Assembly: GCF_009914755.1 (NCBI RefSeq)
Contig: NC_060933.1
Source: the human T2T-CHM13v2.0 reference genome, Homo sapiens
Length of the DNA stretch: 64,000 bases
Strand: one strand, 5' to 3'
Shown: piece after piece, positions 57,265-64,000 of the stretch
Layout of the letters: every line of letters begins with the position of its first letter
How positions within the stretch are numbered: the first letter of the stretch is position 1
Position numbers and translations under genes: made by a program
The notes under the pieces: model-generated
What the model was told of the DNA's origin: nothing
Database searches by the model: none
Seen by the model: the letters and a program-made list of their open reading frames with translations, nothing else

Positions 57265-59603
57265 GTATGTTTTCCAAACATTTTTGAGATACATATTGGC
57301 TTCCGGAGTCAAGAAACATATCTGGTGATGGCTTTTGACATTTGCTCTCACCTTCTCCTGTTTGGAATATATCCTTCCTCCCCTTTTTCCTAATTGCTTT
57401 GCATCATGAATCAAAGTGATCTTAAGAGAAAATGGTGCCTCCCAAAGATATCATTATCTAAACACTGACTTGAGGCCTTCCTCACCCCAGCCCTACTCTG
57501 TGTCACCTCTATGTGTGGCCTGCAGAGATGCTTGTGTCCCTTACTCTCTCACCTCTTAGGGGGTGCACCCCTGAGACTTCAGAGGCTGAGGCCTCACATA
57601 AAGGAAACATCTGCTGTGGATTAAAAGTGCATAAATATGGGACTTAAATTTATAAAAGAGTTTCAGATACTCCACCACTTAAAAGCTAGCACCCTAAACT
57701 GTGTACAGTTACCACTAATCATCTAAATATGAATATAAATAATTCTTTGGGTAATAGAATCCAAGTGGGCTGTTAGGAAAACAATAGGAGACATAGTATA
57801 AGTCAAAGAATCTGAAGGTTAGAAATGCAACCACTTGTTATCTTTTCTTCTCCAACCAATGTGTAAATCCCCTGCTCATAGACCCACCCAGGGAGACAGT
57901 GTTTTCGTATCAGTGCTTATAGTGTGTGAAATGTAAATGTGATTTTACATTATTTGCTGCTTTAAGTGTGATTCTTACTTAGTTGAAATGCTTTTTTTTT
58001 TATAAGAACACATCTCCAGTATTTCTTAATGGAAATTAATTGAACAATATGATTTTTGTTTACATGAATTACTTTTACATAGGCATTTTCTGAAACATGA
58101 CTACATGGCAAAGTTGAATATCCTTTTAGAAGCTTAAATTAGTATAAACTACTTCTACAGAAACAAGAGGACTTATTTCAGGAGGATTGCAGTTCACCTG
58201 GCAGAGCTGATAGGCACACATGTGTACACAACCTCTCCTACATGATGGACACCTCCATTACTACTTTAATTTGTTTAACAAAAGGTGCAGGGACTTAGAT
58301 GGCCCCAGTGGCCCCACAGAGCAAGTGCATTTGCAGACACAGCTGTCGGTCAGCTGCTGACACATTCTCATTATGGGAAGGTCTGGCCAGTTATGAGAAA
58401 CTTAATCTTTTCCTCCTTCCCAGTCCTTTTATATCATTATTTGGGAAGAACTTAAATAAATTAGCTATACCCTTAATAGGAAATATATGTGGATATCCTG
58501 GAGCCTTCTCTTCTCTGTGCCAATCTAAGACTTAGCAAGGCCAGATCCTGCCCTTTGATGGAAGAGCAGAGTCAGCGTCCAAGTGTCCTCAAGGAATAGC
58601 TCACTCTGGGCTTCCTGGCATTCTCAGAGGCAGCATCCCCAAATCAGACTGTCTCTACCTGCAAATTAAAAATTACTGAATCCCAGCAGAGATACTATCT
58701 GCTTAAAATATGCATATATTTTGCATATAGATGGTAATATTTAATATACTCAGATCTGTATCTCAGTGAAATTTCGTAGAGATTTGGAATAAATTTCATA
58801 GTTCTTAAAATTCCAGGACTGTCAGCTATAGTAAACACTCAGATTTCTTTATTTTCTGGGGATATTAACTCTCACATTCTAAGTTTTAAGTAAAAACGAA
58901 ATGCAAAATAGCTATAAAGCCAAAACTTTATAAATACACACTTATGAAAGATAAATGATTGATATTGGGGAAATAAAAGTTATCTGTGGGTTCCAAACCT
59001 TTTATGTTTATAAACTGAGGCTAGGATGATGATGATTATAGATGGATCAATTTTTTAACTTTTGTGTGTTGCTAAATTATTTGTTTTCCATTAATAAAGG
59101 TGAAAATTGATCATAATATTCAAACTCAGGCAATTTTTTATCTTCTACAAAACTAGTATAAGATCAAAAAGTTATTTGATCTGTTAAGGAATTATTCCTA
59201 TGTTCTGTGGAATATAGCTTTAAATTCAGTATTGTCTGTAAACTAATATATAAAATGCAATCTTCCTCAGCAGGTAGAAAACGGTTGGTTAAATAATTTA
59301 ATTATTCTTTATGTAGCAAGATCATCTTGATGTTTAAACTATGAAGCATCCTTGCAAAATAAAGGGACTAGGTTCCCTCTTTGGGTGTTTCTTGACCCAC
59401 AAGAAACACTGCTGGTTATTTCAGGGTTAAAACTTAGAATGAAGTTGTCACGGTGCTGCTCTGCCTAATCCTGCTCCCTTCTAAGTCCTTTGGCTACCAC
59501 AAGCCCACACTATAGCAAAACCTGAAGATGCAAATATTAGGTAATGGGGATAATCTAAAATGTTAAGCATTTTGGTTAATTCTATTATTTTTTTAATTTA
59601 AAG

Positions 59604-59821
59604 ATAATTTAAATCAGACTGTTGAAAAACCCAATGTCAAGCCTCCTGCCTCTTACACTTATAAAATGGATGAGGTTCAAAATCGCATAAAGGAAATACT
59701 AAACAAGCATAACAATGGCATTTGGATATCTAAGCTTCCACATTTTTACAAAGAGTTATATAAAGAAGACCTTAATCAAGGAATTTTACAACAGTTTGAA
59801 CACTGGCCTCATATTTGCACG
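59604..59821 (+). CDS. TDRD7: TDRD7 exon 6 (DNLNQTVEKP...MDEVQNRIKEILNKHNNGIWISKLPHFYKELY...HWPHICT; LOTUS 2)
   Basis: Acceptor ttttaatttaaag|AT, donor ACG|gtatgt. 218 nt; cumulative CDS is 855 nt (285 codons). Confidence 0.96.
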
Positions 59822-60737
59822 GTATGTTTTTCCTTATTCCTCCCTTCTGATACCTCCTCCCTGCCCAACTTTGAGATCTTGAGTTATTAGTCATATCACC
59901 TTTTATCCCCAGAAGACAAAGCACTTTACATATGTTACCTCATTAATCTTTATCTCTTAAGATTAACATATGTCAGTTCTTATTTATAGAAGTATGTCAA
60001 AGTTGAAGGTTCTCCTGTGTTGTAATTGCTATTTTTATATATTTTGTTTTATGTCATTTTTAAAATGCATTTAATATGTGATAATATGTAAACCATTTTA
60101 TAATGATTGAACTGTTACCAGTAAACACTGATAGCTTTGCCATTTTAATAAATCTGAACTTATTGGGAAGAATTGTTTTATTAGCCTCAAATTTTATTTG
60201 CTCACTCTTGAGCATTTTTAAAGACTTGTAGCTGAGCAAATTTTAGTTATTTTGACTAATTATATAGAGTTCTTAATTTTTATTTTGAAATTAATAATAG
60301 TGTTTATATTATAATTTTTACAAGCTATCTTTAGAGAGAAAATTGGAAATTAGAAAAAAAATTTAAAAATGATTTATCAATTTCCATTTCTATTCCTACT
60401 TCAGAGTCTGTGATTATAAGATTATGGATCAGCATAGTTTATTAAAGATCTTAGTTCAGCCAGAAGTAGAGACAACTGGATTCTTACACCAAAGTAACTA
60501 ACTTTTAGATGTTTCTTAGTGGTTTTGCTTACATAAGATATATTTAAAACATAACTTTTAAATGGTCACATTAACAGCTACTCGATGCTTCTAGGCTTGT
60601 AGAATTAAATATGCATGAGGATTATGTATGCTTTGGTAGAGGGCTTTTATTTCTTTAACATATATTTTGGCCCCCAAGCCTGTTGGGCAGTGTAGGGCAT
60701 TCCCTCTTTATAAGCACCTGGCCTAAAGAAAGCATGT

Positions 60738-61095
<358 letters not shown>

Positions 61096-63789
61096 TTAGA
61101 GACTGGTGTCATTCAATCATTCATCCATCCCATTTGCTCATATACTATTTACTGTGCACTTGCATGTGCTAATTTTTGCCTTAGGTGTTTTAAGAACAAA
61201 GACGATGAAGACACTTGGAGTGTAGTGAGGGAAATAGGGAAAAAAATGATTAGGACAATGTGACAAATGTTAGAATATACAGTCTAAGGTGGGAAAATAA
61301 GGAATGTTAAACTCTGGAAATATGGCTCTGTTTCCCTACTAATAAACTCAAGAACAATTAATATTCGTAAGAATGTGACCTCTGATTTATGTGGAATATA
61401 GGGTTAGTTCTCCTAATGGAAATTCCCAGGGTTACTTTTTCAGTTCAGTTCAGTTTTTTCCAGTTTTTTTCAGTTCAGTTTTTTCCATTTATACTCCATT
61501 CTGGGAAGAATTTTCCTCACTCGATGCAGGTTTAGTGACATTGAGGTATTCCCTTAGAAGTCTCATTAGGCTGTTCAGTTTGAAGGTTCAGGGCCTGTGG
61601 CCCCTTCTTGAAATGCATATGGCTCCTTTATGGTTTAAATCCATAGAACTTTATGAGTTCTTTTATTTCAGCTTTTATTTTAAATATAGGGGATACCTGT
61701 GCAGGTTTGTTACATGGGTATTTGCACACCGTAGAAAGTTTTCTGTAAAACTTAGAGCATTTTTTTAATCATCAGGATACATATATAACTCATTTTTAAG
61801 CTCTGATAAAGAAGTCTTTAGAGTAAAAACTTTAAAAATATACTTCACTGGTTCTTAATGTAATGTGTTTCTAGTTTTTTTATATTCCATGATAATACTA
61901 ATATTTGTGTAGCTTTATTATGGCCTTTCTGGGAAATTTTAATCTTTGCTACTCTACATGCCTTCACAATTCTAGAATTTCTCTTGCTAGGATTGTAGAT
62001 GAGAGAATATATATCTCTTTGATTTAAAAACTTTTCCTAAAATGAATAGTTTTCTACTAAACCTCTGGTGCTAAAACAACTGACTGTTTTTTTGGTTGCT
62101 TTTTATAGCACTTGAATTCATCTTTTATTGCGTTATTATATTCCGTCCAAGCAATGAGAGTCAGAAGCAGAAACACAATATAACTTTCCTATCTATATAT
62201 TGTGTCTGTTACCTTTGTTCAGATATAATCAGTACCAAGTATTAGGTTATAGTAATTTGCTTAGTGAAGTGGGATGCCAGAAAACACCAATCATATTGAT
62301 GTCTACTGATACCTTTCAAAACTGTTTAACCTCTGAATATTTTTCAGCAGACTGTTGTTAAACAGTTTTAGACAGTTAAACCATGGTTATTTTTAAACAG
62401 CTTTAAACACTTACACAATGGTTATTTTCCCCCTTCTTATAACTTCTTCTTTTCACCTTGCTGCAAAGCAGAAACACTGATACCATGCCTAGGACAGATG
62501 TTACTACAAGCAAAATTAGATAGTCTCAAGGCAGTGCAAAAAGTTTAGGATAAGACAGAACTTGGTAATGGGTATCTCTCTTTATGGCTTGTCTCTCTAT
62601 ATGGCTTGTCATGTAACTGAAGGAGAAATCTAAGTGCAGTGTATTTCTTTTTTTAAGGGTTTTTTCCTCCAACCAGATAAAATATTCTATATTAAAAGAT
62701 TGAAAAATAAAGTTATAAGAGAAATAAAAATCACCCATCATTCTACCACCCAGAGATTACTACTTACAGGAATTCCATTTGAATATCAGAATGCACAGCA
62801 TCAGCTTTAGGGACCAAATAGCAGCTTTGAAATTTTATCTTCAGGGAGGCTCTAATTAGTATGCTGTAAGCCGCTTCACATGGATATTGGAAAACATTTT
62901 GATGCAGGCAGAAGGATGCTTTGAATCTGTTGTCCTTAACCTTTTGGGTCTGTCCAGTAGCAAAATGTGTACTGAGAGTTTTCAAAGCTAGGGAGAACAC
63001 AGAGTTATTCACAACAATGAGCCAGCTCCAAGGTATTCCTAGACAACTTGTGAGGGAAGTGGAAATTGTGCAGAAACTGTCTTGAAAAGGCAAAGATTCC
63101 AAGACAGTAAGCCTGCAGATCAAGGACACTGCACTCTAAGAGTTCCCATTGGGTCCTAGGAGTACAGCAACACCTCTTGGCTGTTCTAGAGCAGTAGTCT
63201 TGTTAATAGTGCTCTCGTTTAACTGTTGTATTTGACTTGACTGGTATTTATAAAATGCTTCCGTGTGCTAGCCACTGACCTGGGTGTTAGGGATAAAACA
63301 GTAAACAAGACAGACATGGTCCTTGCCCTTATGGAACTTTCTGTCCAATGGGAAAATAAACATTGAACAAATAATGATAAGCCTGCAATGGTTATGAAGG
63401 AGAAGTACAGGATGCTGAGGGAATGTCTAAACAGGAGACTCTACATAGTCTGATGAGTCAAGTAAAGCTTCCAGGGGAGGTGGCTGTTAAACTAAAACCT
63501 GACAGATGGGTTAGTGTGAGTTAGGTAAAGAGGGAGGAGAAAAGCACCTCAGACAAAAGAAACAGATTGTGCCAAAGCCCTGAGATAGAAAAGCATAGTA
63601 TTTTCAGGAAGCTGAAAGAAATTCAGTAAGAAGAGAGTTGCTCAGGAAGAAGCTGAAGAGGCAAGCAGAGGCCAGGTCACTTCATTAAGGAGTCATCATT
63701 TGGTGGAAACACAGCGGGTCTCAGCCTTGAGGTCACCCAGGATCCATGGCCTCTGGCTGACTTTGATTTCTAGAAAAATTACAAATCTT

Positions 63790-64000
63790 GGTCAGGCACA
63801 TTGGCTTATGCCTGTAATCTCAGCACTTTAGGAGGTCAAGGCAGGAGAATTGCTTGAGGTGAGGAATTTGAGACCAGCCTGGGCAACATAACAAGGCTCT
63901 GTCTCTACAAAAAATAAATTTAAAAAAATTAGCTGGGCATGGTGATGCATGCTTGTAGTTCCATCTGCTCAGGAGGCTGAGGTGGGAGGATTGCTTGATC
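63790..64000 (+). mobile_element. Alu (AluJ-like), cut by window end
   Basis: ggtcaggcacattggcttatgcctgtaatc...gaggctgaggtgggaggattgcttga. Confidence 0.88.

Noticed and set aside
59161-59182. Inverted AGATCAAA...TTTGATCT resembling paired TCF/LEF sites
   Set aside because: Both halves lack the terminal base of the CTTTGAT core, and short palindromes are common in AT-rich introns.

Overview
This is human (primate) genomic DNA, not microbial. The right half holds the 5' part of TDRD7 (Tudor domain-containing 7, a LOTUS+Tudor RNA-granule protein; from memory at chr9q22.33) on the + strand. It comprises a CpG-island promoter and non-coding exon 1 (about 30.05-30.19 kb), a 16-kb repeat-filled intron 1, and coding exons 2-6. 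These splice at GT-AG sites into one open frame of 285 codons ([11 protein letters not shown]...FEHWPHICT; LOTUS-1, linker, most of LOTUS-2), and the gene continues past the window. The left ~30 kb is intergenic: GC-rich from about 3.3 to 18.5 kb and dotted with LTR (MER21, THE1, MST, MLT1, MLT2A1), Alu, L1, L2 and MIR relics. Nearly all other ORFs in the track look spurious. The most notable unexplained or regulatory signals are: (1) a 39-bp non-repeat element duplicated at 38/39 identity 1.18 kb apart (two E-boxes plus TAATTA, also a hairpin) flanking a CpG/E-box-rich patch; (2) an ISRE/IRF element in TDRD7 exon 1; (3) a divergent cluster of three CTCF motifs at the promoter and an extended CTCF site at 17.3 kb; (4) a near-perfect 3 x 112-bp tandem repeat about 0.8 kb upstream of the promoter whose junctions create a POU-type motif; (5) an in-frame strong-Kozak ATG in exon 3 that would split the eLOTUS domain if exon 2 is skipped. 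I find no CRISPR array, tRNA/rRNA or prokaryote-type system. Repeat family names and boundaries were called by eye and are approximate.
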